DNA of 46,435 nucleotides from an uncultured Lachnospiraceae bacterium (GTDB lineage: Bacteria; Bacillota; Clostridia; Lachnospirales; Lachnospiraceae): positions 1 to 46,435 of the forward strand of contig CACZBB010000057.1 of NCBI GenBank assembly GCA_902779245.1, given 5' to 3'. Positions 1 to 9,230 of this stretch are shown here, piece after piece (position 1 is the stretch's first letter; each line of letters begins with the position of its first letter). A program made the position numbers and the translations under genes. The notes under the pieces were generated by a model. It did no database searches and was not told the DNA's origin. It worked only from the letters and a program-made list of their open reading frames with translations.

Positions 1-31
1 AGGCATGGACTGTTTTCTGTACACTGAGGCG

Positions 32-98
32 TGCCATCGCCCGCAGGGCGATTTCATTGCAAAACGCCTTCGTTTCTGGTCACCGTGTGACCAGAAAC
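32..98. repeat. Palindromic REP-like element, family 1, copy 1
   Basis: 67 nt, exact reverse complement of 12634-12700; 12-bp stem GTTTCTGGTCAC-cgt-GTGACCAGAAAC plus a GCCC-gca-GGGC hairpin. Confidence 0.9.
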
Positions 99-175
99 AT
101 GAAATCCAGGCAAGACCGGAAATCCCTGATTTCCGCTGTCGGGCCGACACCCGAGCTCTACAATATGGAGGAATT

Positions 176-1267
176 ATGGGACGTCTGAAGGCTTTTTTAA
201 AACGAAAGGATATTGAGATATCCGCGAAGCGCTACGGGATCGACGCGCTGGGAGCGATGGCCCAGGGGCTTTTCTGCTCCCTGCTCATCGGCACCATTCT
301 GGACACCCTGGGCAAGCAGTTTCACATCGGCTTTCTGACCACGACCGTTGCCAAGGTTTTCGGCCAGGATTATACCGTGGGCGGGCTCGCCTCCGCCATG
401 AGCGGTCCGGCCATGGCGATCGCCATCGGCTATGCCCTGAAATGCCCGCCGCTTGTGCTCTTCTCGCTCGTGACCGTAGGGTTTTCCGCCAACGCCCTCG
501 GCGGCGCCGGCGGACCGCTGGCGGTTCTGTTCATCGCGATCATCGCCGCCGAATTCGGCAAGGCGGTTTCCAAGGAAACAAAGGTGGACATTCTGGTCAC
601 GCCTCTTGTCACCATCGGCATCGGCATCGGGCTCTCGGCGCTGATCGCTCCGGCTCTCGGCAGCGCGGCTATGAGCCTCGGACAGGTGATCATGTGGGCG
701 ACCAACCTGCAGCCCTTCCTCATGGGGATCCTGGTCTCGGTCATCGTCGGCATCGCCCTGACGCTCCCCATCTCCTCCGCCGCCATCTGCGCGGCCCTGG
801 GGCTTACCGGGCTTGCGGGCGGCGCGGCCGTCGCGGGCTGTTCGGCCCAGATGATCGGCTTCGCGGTCATGTCCTTCCGCGAAAACCGCTGGGGCGGTCT
901 GATCTCTCAGGGGATCGGCACTTCGATGCTGCAGATGGGCAATATCGTAAAGAACCCCCGGATCTGGATCGCGCCGATCGTCACCTCGGCCATCACCGGG
1001 CCTCTGGCCACCTGCGTTTTTCATCTGCAAATGAACGGTCCGGCGGTGTCCTCCGGCATGGGAACCTGCGGTTTTGTCGGACAGCTCGGCGTCTACACCG
1101 GCTGGGTGAACGAAATGGCCGCCGGGACGAGGGCCGCCATCACGCCTCTCGACTGGGCCGGGCTCTTCCTCATCTCCTTCATACTTCCCGCCATCCTCTG
1201 CCCCCTGATCAACCATTTCTGCCGGAAGATGGGCTGGGTAAAGGACGGAGACATGAAGCTCGCGTGA
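176..1267 (+). CDS. PTS EIIC_2-like membrane protein (PTS sugar transporter subunit IIC family, orphan)
   Basis: Very hydrophobic ORF with 'ALGAMAQGLF', 'LTLPISSAA', 'GIGTSMLQ' and 'SGMGTCG' motifs typical of this family; GGAGG RBS before the ATG at 176. Confidence 0.85.
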   Translation: MGRLKAFLKRKDIEISAKRYGIDALGAMAQGLFCSLLIGTILDTLGKQFHIGFLTTTVAKVFGQDYTVGGLASAMSGPAMAIAIGYALKCPPLVLFSLVTVGFSANALGGAGGPLAVLFIAIIAAEFGKAVSKETKVDILVTPLVTIGIGIGLSALIAPALGSAAMSLGQVIMWATNLQPFLMGILVSVIVGIALTLPISSAAICAALGLTGLAGGAAVAGCSAQMIGFAVMSFRENRWGGLISQGIGTSMLQMGNIVKNPRIWIAPIVTSAITGPLATCVFHLQMNGPAVSSGMGTCGFVGQLGVYTGWVNEMAAGTRAAITPLDWAGLFLISFILPAILCPLINHFCRKMGWVKDGDMKLA

Positions 1268-1285
1268 AATTCCCAGACTCTATAG

Positions 1286-1328
1286 AAGCAGCGCCTGGAA
1301 ACCGTTCGTTCCCGGGCGCTGCTTTTAT
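1286..1328 (+). terminator. Intrinsic terminator after the PTS-IIC-like gene
   Basis: AAGCAGCGCCTGG...CCGGGCGCTGCTTTT stem followed by T-run. Confidence 0.75.
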
Positions 1329-1350
1329 ATTCACAGAGCCGCGTAAGGAA
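1323..1350. repeat. 28-nt dispersed repeat, inverted copy at 19639-19666
   Basis: TTTTATATTCACAGAGCCGCGTAAGGAA is identical to the reverse complement of 19639-19666. Confidence 0.85.
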
Positions 1351-1527
1351 GATTGCCCCGGCACGACAATCCAATACTCACGCATCGTCAACGATACTCT
1401 GTCGTTGACGATCATTGCGGAATGCCTTCGCTGCCATTCACGGTGTGAGCCGTAACGTTTCCGGCTGTGGGCAAGCCGGGGAACGTCAGGTTAATCCGCA
1501 GTGAATACGGTAATTATTCTCGTTGCT

Positions 1528-4362
1528 TCACTTTCGTGCCTTTTTTGCAATTTCATGTCTATCCGCATCCGATAACTGCAGCACAAGATGATACACCGGC
1601 ATTGCATATCCCGTCTCCGGCACAATATGCTCCGTTTTCACGAATCTTGTTCCATTCGCTCCAGTTTTCCGATATATGTAGATCGGTGCAAATTTACCCC
1701 CTGCCGTTTTCAATTCCTCTAATCGGCTGCATAAAACATCAAACGCTTCTTCCCATCCCATATTCCTATTGATGGAAAGCGTAATTCCTCCTCTGAAATT
1801 AGGGTTTAGATAACCCATAAGCTGTTCGTATTGTTTCTTGAAATTCTGGATCATCTTGTTTTCAAGAATGAATAGTTCTTCCTTGACACCATCCTCTTGA
1901 CGGAAAAAATACAAATCCGTTTCTCCAATATTCTTTTCCGCTCTCCCCATTGTGTACTCACGTGCAATCTGAATTTTATGATACTTATTCAAGACTGCTT
2001 CGATGACCTGTTGGAATTCTCGAGTGAGCTTCTCTTCCCCCATGCCAGAAAAATCAACAATGCGTTCAGACATTCTTTGCAGACCAGAAACCATTTGCTC
2101 AATAACATTTTCAAATAGCTTATTTGGGGGAGCATTAACAATGCCAAGTATTTCATCAACATTAATTTTTTTCCTAAAGACCTTTGAATATACCGATTCT
2201 ATACCCGTTTCCCGAGTGCCTTTGAGAAACTCATAATCAAACTTTTCCTCCCCGTCCTCCCTGCGATACGCTATATACTCATCCGCGTGTAATCCAAACG
2301 CTTCATTTATTTCATAGATTGATCCTCGAATCATATCGAGATAAGAATTCACCGGATGTGTTTTCTGATCTTCAGACTTCGCATATACATCGAGACAGTT
2401 ATCCTTGATTCGGGCTAAAGCACTCCACCCAAGGCGATCGCATTTTATCACCGCCCCCGTCTTCCACACGACATTTGTATCAAGCTCATATCCATGACGA
2501 ACCATGAAACGGTGAAGGACATTTTCCGGCAAATACTTATACTCGAAACTCACATGTTTAACATCTTCCGAGTCCAATAATTCCATATGATCCGGCTCGT
2601 TTTCATCGCAAAGCATCGGGATAAAGAACTGTTCAGCATTGATTCTATAAATCAGTTCAAAATTTAACAGAACCGTGATAATATATTGAACCTCAAAGTG
2701 TTTGTATTTTATATCTTTCCATACCTTCCTGACTTTTTTTTCGTGAACATCCTCGCAAATCAGCGAATAAATATCTTCCTCCCGAATAATTCCATTGTTT
2801 GCATAGCTTCTCCCGTTGAAAGCTAAAACATAAAGTGCATTCAGAAGCCACCTCGGCTTCAAAACCATATACTGACGTGCTGCCGGATGCTTTCTACTGT
2901 AAAAGCACACCCCTAAATCCTGATACCAGCTTATAATCCCATCCAACAGTTTTTCATCTTCGCCGACACCTTTTTCCCTGCATTTTTCAAGAAATGTATC
3001 ACCGGCATCTTCTGCAAATGGTTCATCAGGGAAAGCCAGGATTTGACAAACGGAGTATGGACCGTGGCCATCCCCCCGACGATTCGGCAAATGGTATCCC
3101 GCACTTCCGAATTAAACTCCTCCGCCGAGTCCTTGAACGCCGAAATAATACGCACGTCCATCAGCTCCGAACAATCTTTCTTCATGCCATTAAAGTTGAC
3201 ATTGACGGACGGGTTCTGATCCTTCTGGTTCACCAACAGCAAAATCGGAGAGCCATCGGCAAAGCTCTTGATGTTCCGGATCCAGTACCAGGCCTGTTCA
3301 TTTGCCTTATTGTCCCTTGCATTCGCGACAACAACATACAAAGTGCGATTTGTCAGGAAAAGCCTGTGCATGGAATGCATGATCGCCTGTCCGCCAAAAT
3401 CCCAGAAATGCAGTTCAATGTTATCTTTCTCGATTAGGTATTTTTTCGAACTGATACAGATGCCTGGAGTAGACTCGCCATCAAAGTTGGATGATTTCTC
3501 CCCATCATGCATCAGACGATCAATAATCAAAGTCTTCCCGGCACCGCCATCGCCGAGAAACACGACCTTGCATTCATTAACAGGACGGGTTTCCTGGTTC
3601 TCTCTCTGCGTTTTGTACCACTCACGAATCACTGCCCGACCTTGGCTAAAAATTTCAATCGGCTGCTCCGTCAAAGTCACGCCACTTAACAAAATGCCTT
3701 CCCTGGGGAATCTTGATTTATCTATAACATAGCCAATATTCAAGTCTAAAAAACTCTCTGGCAAAGAAGAAAGGGTCAATCCACTTAGATCAATTCTTTT
3801 CAATGATGTTAAACCGGATATTGCACTTATGTCGTTCACTTCCGTGTATGACAAATCAAGATTTGTCAGCGATGTCAGGCCGGAGAGCGCACGGATATCG
3901 CTCACTTTCGTCACCGACAAATCAAGAGTTGTCAGCGATGTCAGGTTGGAAAGCGCACGGATATCGCTCACTTTCGTCATCGACAAAAAAAGACTTGTCA
4001 GCGATGTCAGGTTGGAAAGCGCACGGATATCGCTCACTTGCGTACCCAACAAATTAAGATCTGTCAGCGATGTCAGGTTGGAAAGCGCACGGATATCGCT
4101 CACTTTCGTCATCGACAAAAAAAGCCTTGTCAGCGATGTCAGTCAGCGATGTCAGGTTGGAAAGCGCACGGATATCGCTCACTTGCGTACCCGACAAATC
4201 AAGATATGAAAGAGCACTCAACAAACCAATACATTTTGGCAATTTATTAATGCTTCCCCAATATATTTCATTAACACTTGAAAGTTCTTGTTTCTGTTGC
4301 AGCGTCGGTACATAGCCACGATCTATCTTTATAAGTAAATTATATATTTCCTGATCTGTCAT
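1528..4362 (-). pseudogene. LRR-Roc-COR (Roco) protein with C-terminal PD-(D/E)XK-like nuclease domain, split by two frameshifts (ORFs 4054-4398, 2931-4118, 1528-3090)
   Basis: 22-aa LRRs; Roc motifs GDGGAGKT, STPGI, FWDFGGQ, NQKD, ISA; COR-like 'LGVCFY..PRWL', 'FFIP'; C-terminal 'E..GETD..ILENK..QLMGY'. AGGTGAGG RBS before ATG 4362 (alternative ATG 4398 overlaps the SIR2 stop). Confidence 0.85.
3820..4210 (-). repeat. Tandem 66-bp coding repeats (LRR array)
   Basis: About five near-identical GTCAGCGATGTCAGGTTGGAAAGCGCACGGATATCGCTCACTT cores at 66-nt period encoding LSNLTSLTxLxLxxTxVSDIRA. Confidence 0.95.
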
Positions 4363-4397
4363 TCCAGCCCTCACCTTTTTATCAAAACATAAAATCA

Positions 4398-5507
4398 TTA
4401 TCCCCCGGCATTAGCCGCCGATCCCTGCCTTGACGCCTCTATCTTCTCCTTCACATCGGCAAAGGCCAGATGATAGAAGTCGTCGTAAGCGGTTTCGTTG
4501 GTGGATCCCAGATCCAGGATCTCCACGCCGTGGGCTCTTAGGAGCTTGTTGCGGAGGGAGTTTTTCTCGGCTGTGCGATTGTGCCAGCGGATGTTTTGAT
4601 TTTCCTGAAGAATCCGTTTCTTATCCTCTTCCGAGGCGGACGGATCTGCAGCCAAAAAAGGCTTCTCCGTGATTGCTTTGTCATAAAAATACACGGTACC
4701 GTCCGCATAACGCTCTCGCTGTTTGCGCTTCAGAAGCCACCACAGGTCGAACTCGCACTGCTCAAAACCGAAGCCGATCACATAAATATCCCCGAAAAGG
4801 AAAAGCTCCGGCCAGGAAGTGAAGGAACGCTTCGCGTCTTCTTTCTGAATCTTCCGATAGTCCAGTTCCTCGCATACCTCTATGATGCGTTTCAGAAGCC
4901 TCCCATAGCGGTCATGACCAAGCACGATCCCGCCGGGAACATGCGTCTCCCCGTGAATATGCCAGAGAGCCACAGACGTCGCGTCCGCATTTTCCGACAG
5001 GTATCCGCTGTGCATCCGGTATTCTCGTTCCAGCTTTTGCCTGCCGGTCTCGGCATCGGGCAGAGACAGGTTGAAACGATTCTCCGTGCGCGTCCAGGAG
5101 TTCGCAAAGCTTTTGCGCGGAGAAAAGGCTTTCTCCAGACAGTAAGAGTAGTTGGTCGTGAAAATATGGTCCGCGCCGAGCTTTGGAAGCTCGTCCAGCA
5201 GATCATTGCTCTGATTCACAAGCCTGGCCATCTCTTCCTTCAGGCGCTTTTCCTCACGGCTAATGTCACTTTTATCCAGGACTTTGGGAATCGGCGTCCC
5301 GAGAGACAAAACCTCATACAAAAGCGGGAACGGGACACTCTCCTTCTCCTTTTCGGTGAGCGGGATGCAGCTTTGCTCCGTCAGATTATCGACAAGCTTC
5401 CCCCAGGCCACCTGCCCGCTTTTGCGCTCAAGGCCATTGCCGATCAGAAGGATCTGCGGACGGCCGCTGCCACGAACCGGGTACTCAAAATTTACGGATT
5501 TACGCAT
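4398..5507 (-). CDS. SIR2-like (SIR2_2/AbiH-related) domain protein, putative NADase effector
   Basis: Motifs LLIGNG, W (helix after the glycine loop), IFTTNY, HIHG, IGFGFxxxExDLWWLL; AAGGAGG RBS. Confidence 0.75.
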   Translation of the reverse strand: MRKSVNFEYPVRGSGRPQILLIGNGLERKSGQVAWGKLVDNLTEQSCIPLTEKEKESVPFPLLYEVLSLGTPIPKVLDKSDISREEKRLKEEMARLVNQSNDLLDELPKLGADHIFTTNYSYCLEKAFSPRKSFANSWTRTENRFNLSLPDAETGRQKLEREYRMHSGYLSENADATSVALWHIHGETHVPGGIVLGHDRYGRLLKRIIEVCEELDYRKIQKEDAKRSFTSWPELFLFGDIYVIGFGFEQCEFDLWWLLKRKQRERYADGTVYFYDKAITEKPFLAADPSASEEDKKRILQENQNIRWHNRTAEKNSLRNKLLRAHGVEILDLGSTNETAYDDFYHLAFADVKEKIEASRQGSAANAGG

Positions 5508-5553
5508 AGGAACCTCCTTCCATATTTATCCAGGCTTCGCAGCCTCACGCTTC

Positions 5554-6405
5554 TCAATCTTTCGGCGGCTGGTAGAACCGGCCGGCAATCTCCTGGGTCT
5601 TCAGATGATTGACGAAGGCCGCATTGTCCGTTTCGCGGACAGCTTCGATGACCCTGCGGGTCTGGGAACGGCTGATCACAGAGTAGACCACGTCCTTCTC
5701 CGAGCCGTCGAAGGAGCCCTCCCCTTCCAGGATCGTCGCGCCGTGATGGCTGACCGCGTAGATCGCCTTGCAGATCTCCTTGGGCTTCTGCGTGACGATG
5801 AGGAGCGTGTCCTGCTGGTACATCCGGTACCGCGCCTGCATCACCACCGTTGACGTATACTGGAAAATGATGGAATAAAGTGCTTTGTCCCATCCAAAGA
5901 GAAGGCCGGACAGGCAGAGAATGACCGCGTTGATGCCTAAGACAAGATTAAAGGAATCAACGCCCCGCTTCTGGGACAAATAGATGCCGATAAAATCCGT
6001 CCCGCCGGTGGTCGCGTCCACCTGCAGGCACATGCTGATGACGAATCCGTTGATGATGCCGCCGAAAACACTGATGAGCAGGATATCCTGCGTGACGACA
6101 TAGGCCGGGATGAGGTCAGTCAGAACGCTGGTGAGAACGATCATCAGGCAGGAATACAGCGTGAACTTTTTTCCGATAAACCGGAACCCGATATAGACCG
6201 GGAAGGCGTTGAGCGCGATGTTGACCAGGGTATACGGAAGCTCCACGGAGAAAAAGGTCTTCACCACCTGGATGATGAGAATCGTCAGCCCCGTCGCGCC
6301 GCCCGGATACAAGCCGCCCGCCCGCACAAAGATCTTGATGTTCAGCGCCATTCCGAGCGCGCACAGCACGATCACCAGAATCCTCTTCACATCCTTCTTT
6401 CCCAT
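5554..6405 (-). CDS. YitT family membrane protein (DUF161/DUF2179)
   Basis: GGATG and TTGGTD motifs, several TM segments, C-terminal 'HGAT..GEGSF..D..AF' domain. Confidence 0.9.
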   Translation of the reverse strand: MGKKDVKRILVIVLCALGMALNIKIFVRAGGLYPGGATGLTILIIQVVKTFFSVELPYTLVNIALNAFPVYIGFRFIGKKFTLYSCLMIVLTSVLTDLIPAYVVTQDILLISVFGGIINGFVISMCLQVDATTGGTDFIGIYLSQKRGVDSFNLVLGINAVILCLSGLLFGWDKALYSIIFQYTSTVVMQARYRMYQQDTLLIVTQKPKEICKAIYAVSHHGATILEGEGSFDGSEKDVVYSVISRSQTRRVIEAVRETDNAAFVNHLKTQEIAGRFYQPPKD

Positions 6406-6525
6406 TGTTCTCCCCCTTTTTTTGGCAAATGAAGCCCCCCGGCTGCTGAAGCTCCCCCTGACGAGTGTTTAAGCGCCATCGACTTTGATGCATAGTTTCA
6501 CAGAGTATGTACTATATAAAACGGT

Positions 6526-7560
6526 TCACTCCGCGAGCAGCGCCTCCCGCAAAGCTTCCAGGTCTTCCTCTGTCGTGGACCAGCTGGCCGCGAAGCGCAC
6601 GACGGTATGGTTTTCATCCAAAGCTTCCCAGAAGCTGAAAGCAACCCGCTTCGAAAGCTCCGCCAGACGTTCATTTGTCAAAATAACAAATTGCTGGTTT
6701 GTCGGTGAATCGATATACAGAGAAAGTCCCGCCTCGGCGAAGATTTCCTTCATCCGCTCCGCCATCCGGATGGCATGGCGGGAAATCCGAAAATACAGGT
6801 CATCGGTGAAAAGAGCGTCGAATTGCACGCCGAGAAGTCTTCCTTTCGCCAGGAGCGCCCCTCGTTTTTTGACCGAGGTCAGAAAATGAGGCGGGCGATT
6901 TCGCTTCGTGAACACTACTGCCTCGCCGCAGAGCGCGCCGACCTTCGTGCCGCCGATGTAAAAAACGTCGCAGAGCCGCGCGATGTCCGGGAGGGTCACA
7001 TCCGTCTCCCGACTCGCGAGGGCATAGCCCAGCCGCGCCCCGTCGAGATAAAGCGGAATGCTGTATTTCCGGCAGATTTCGGAGAGTCCGGTAAGCTCTT
7101 CTTTGGAATACAGGGTCCCGTATTCCGTCGGATGAGATATGTAAACCATTCCGGGAAAAACCATGTGTTCGTGGTTTTCGTCCTTATAAAAATTTTCCAG
7201 AAACCTTTGCAGGATTTCCGGGAGGATTTTTCCGTCGGTCTGCGGAAGCTCCAGAACCTTATGACCGGTATATTCGATGGCTCCGGCCTCGTGCGTGCTG
7301 ACATGTCCGGTCCGGGCCGCCGCCACGCCCTCGTAATCCGCGAGCATCGTCGAGATCACCACCGCGTTGGTCTGGGTCCCGCCCACAAGAAGCTCTACCT
7401 CCGCGTCCGGAAGCCCGGCTGCCCGGGCGATTTTCGCCTTCGCCCGCTCGCAGTACGCATCCTGGCCGTAGCCGCCGAGACATTCCAGATTGGTCTCCGC
7501 AAGGCGCCGCAGAACCTCCGGGTGCGCGCCGCAGATATAATCACTCTCAAAAGAAACCAT
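6526..7560 (-). CDS. ltaE: Low-specificity L-threonine aldolase family PLP enzyme
   Basis: SFxSDY, GGTQTN, HEAGAIE, LDGARL, GGTK motifs; GGAGG RBS before 7560. Confidence 0.85.
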   Translation of the reverse strand: MVSFESDYICGAHPEVLRRLAETNLECLGGYGQDAYCERAKAKIARAAGLPDAEVELLVGGTQTNAVVISTMLADYEGVAAARTGHVSTHEAGAIEYTGHKVLELPQTDGKILPEILQRFLENFYKDENHEHMVFPGMVYISHPTEYGTLYSKEELTGLSEICRKYSIPLYLDGARLGYALASRETDVTLPDIARLCDVFYIGGTKVGALCGEAVVFTKRNRPPHFLTSVKKRGALLAKGRLLGVQFDALFTDDLYFRISRHAIRMAERMKEIFAEAGLSLYIDSPTNQQFVILTNERLAELSKRVAFSFWEALDENHTVVRFAASWSTTEEDLEALREALLAE

Positions 7561-7702
7561 CCCATCCTCCACACGTCTTTTCGTAAGGCCGGGGCCAAGG
7601 TGCCATACGGGTCCGCCTCCCCCCGCGCCTCCTTAAGTATAACATGGACCCCTGTGAATATCCAGCCGATTATCGGTTAACGGGCGGCAACATTACGCAT
7701 CA

Positions 7703-7742
7703 AAAAAGGCAGAGAGTCCGCCTACGCTTCTCTCTGCCTTTT
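7703..7742 (-). terminator. Intrinsic (bidirectional-type) terminator after pfk
   Basis: AAAAAAGGCAGAGAG...CTCTCTGCCTTTT inverted repeat with A/T tails. Confidence 0.85.
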
Positions 7743-7759
7743 CAGGTATCCGTATGAAA

Positions 7760-9019
7760 TTACAGTGTATTGATATAGCCCGGCTTTGCAAGGTGGCGCG
7801 GGATGCCGTCCACCATGATCGGGGCCACGTCGCCCTGAATCAGCGGGCGGACATAGGTAAGGAACTTAGAGGTCACGAAATCGCCCTCTTCATTGACCCA
7901 GTCACGCGGCACAAGGCGCTCGTCGTTGGCGATCTTGTGAACGTCCTTGACCTCGGTGCCGGCCTGGTACGGATCGTCGGAGGTCCGGACAAAGACGACC
8001 ATCTTGCCGGTATCACCCTCGTCAGCCGCCTTCATGGCAGCGCCGCCGACCTCGTAGGCTTCGAGAATATCCACGCGGGACGCGCAGTGGGAAGCGGCTC
8101 TCTGCAGGGTGGAAAGCTCGATGGCGCGGGTCTTGCAGCCAAGTCTCCCGGCCAGAAGGTTCGCAAGGTAGCGGGCCGTGCCGGTAAGCTGCTTGTGGCC
8201 GAAAGCGTCCACATATTCCGAGCTCTCGCCAAGCTCCATGACATACTTGCCCTCGGCGGTCTTGATACCCTCGGATACCGCGACCACGACCGAATTCTTC
8301 ACCTTCAAAAGGTTCTCGCACTTCGTGACGAACTTCTCGACGTCAAAGGGAAGCTCCGGAAGGTAGATGGCATCCGGGCCGGGGTTGTCCTCACCGGCGG
8401 CCAGAGCGGCCGCGCCGGTCAGCCAGCCGGCGTTGCGGCCCATGATCTCGACGATGCTGACCATGCCGTGGGGCATTTCCATGCTGATGCCGTCGCGAAT
8501 GATCTCCTTGACAGAGGTGCCGATGTACTTGGCGGCAGAGCCGTAGCCCGGCGTATGGTCCGTAAGGGCCAGATCGTTATCAATGGTCTTTGGGCAGCCG
8601 ACGAAACGGACCTTGGATCCGGTGATGATGGCATAATCCGAAAGCTTCTTGATCGTGTCCATCGAATCATTTCCGCCGATATAGATGAAGCAGTCAATCT
8701 CAAGCTCTTCAAGGATCTTGAAGATCTTCTGGAACGTCTCCATGTCCTCATGGATCTCCGGAAGCTTGTAGCGGCAGGAGCCAAGGTAAGCGGCCGGGGT
8801 GCGCTTTAAAAGCTCCTCGTCCAGACCGTTGGTGATATGCTCGGAAAGGTCGATGAGCTTTCCTTCCATAAGACCCTGTACGCCATGGACCATGCCGTAG
8901 ATTTTGGCATAGCCGCGCTCCTTGGCCGTGCGGAACACGCCGGCAAGCGAAGAATTGATGGCAGCCGTAGGTCCGCCGGACTGACCAACGATAACATTGC
9001 GCTTTTTAAGATTCTGCAT
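7760..9019 (-). CDS. pfp: 6-phosphofructokinase, probably PPi-dependent type
   Basis: QSGGPT, GGNDS, PKTIDND, MGR motifs; Asp in GGND and Lys in PKT are the PPi-type signatures. Confidence 0.85.
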   Translation of the reverse strand: MQNLKKRNVIVGQSGGPTAAINSSLAGVFRTAKERGYAKIYGMVHGVQGLMEGKLIDLSEHITNGLDEELLKRTPAAYLGSCRYKLPEIHEDMETFQKIFKILEELEIDCFIYIGGNDSMDTIKKLSDYAIITGSKVRFVGCPKTIDNDLALTDHTPGYGSAAKYIGTSVKEIIRDGISMEMPHGMVSIVEIMGRNAGWLTGAAALAAGEDNPGPDAIYLPELPFDVEKFVTKCENLLKVKNSVVVAVSEGIKTAEGKYVMELGESSEYVDAFGHKQLTGTARYLANLLAGRLGCKTRAIELSTLQRAASHCASRVDILEAYEVGGAAMKAADEGDTGKMVVFVRTSDDPYQAGTEVKDVHKIANDERLVPRDWVNEEGDFVTSKFLTYVRPLIQGDVAPIMVDGIPRHLAKPGYINTL

Positions 9020-9155
9020 AAGGTAAACCTCCATAACAAAAGCAGTCTTATTAAACGCACATTAGTTTAGTAGATTTCCGCGTAAAATGCAAGAGAAAAA
9101 ACAAAATAATCTTGCTTTGTGACCTGGTTCCCTTGTTCACGGCGGTTCTTTGAAA

Positions 9156-9205
9156 AATGAAACCCCGCGAAAGGCTTTCTTTCGCGGGGTGATCTTCATT
9201 TTTTT
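9156..9205 (-). terminator. Terminator after the SPFH gene
   Basis: ACCCCGCGAAAG...CTTTCGCGGGGT inverted repeat with A/T-rich flanks. Confidence 0.7.
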
Positions 9206-9230
9206 TAGCAAAAGCCTGCGGCTGCCCGGC

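Noticed and set aside
1384-1487. ncRNA in the hairpin pair downstream of the Roco gene
   Set aside because: Two stems are visible, but there is no promoter or family motif; they may simply be terminator or repeat debris.
2990-4154. Programmed ribosomal frameshifting to express the full Roco protein
   Set aside because: No slippery heptamer with a stimulatory structure at either junction; the lesions look like a duplication and a deletion.
3820-4210. CRISPR array or DGR template/variable repeats in the 66-nt array
   Set aside because: The period is 22 codons encoding canonical LRRs, there is no reverse transcriptase in the window, and differences are not clearly adenine-restricted.
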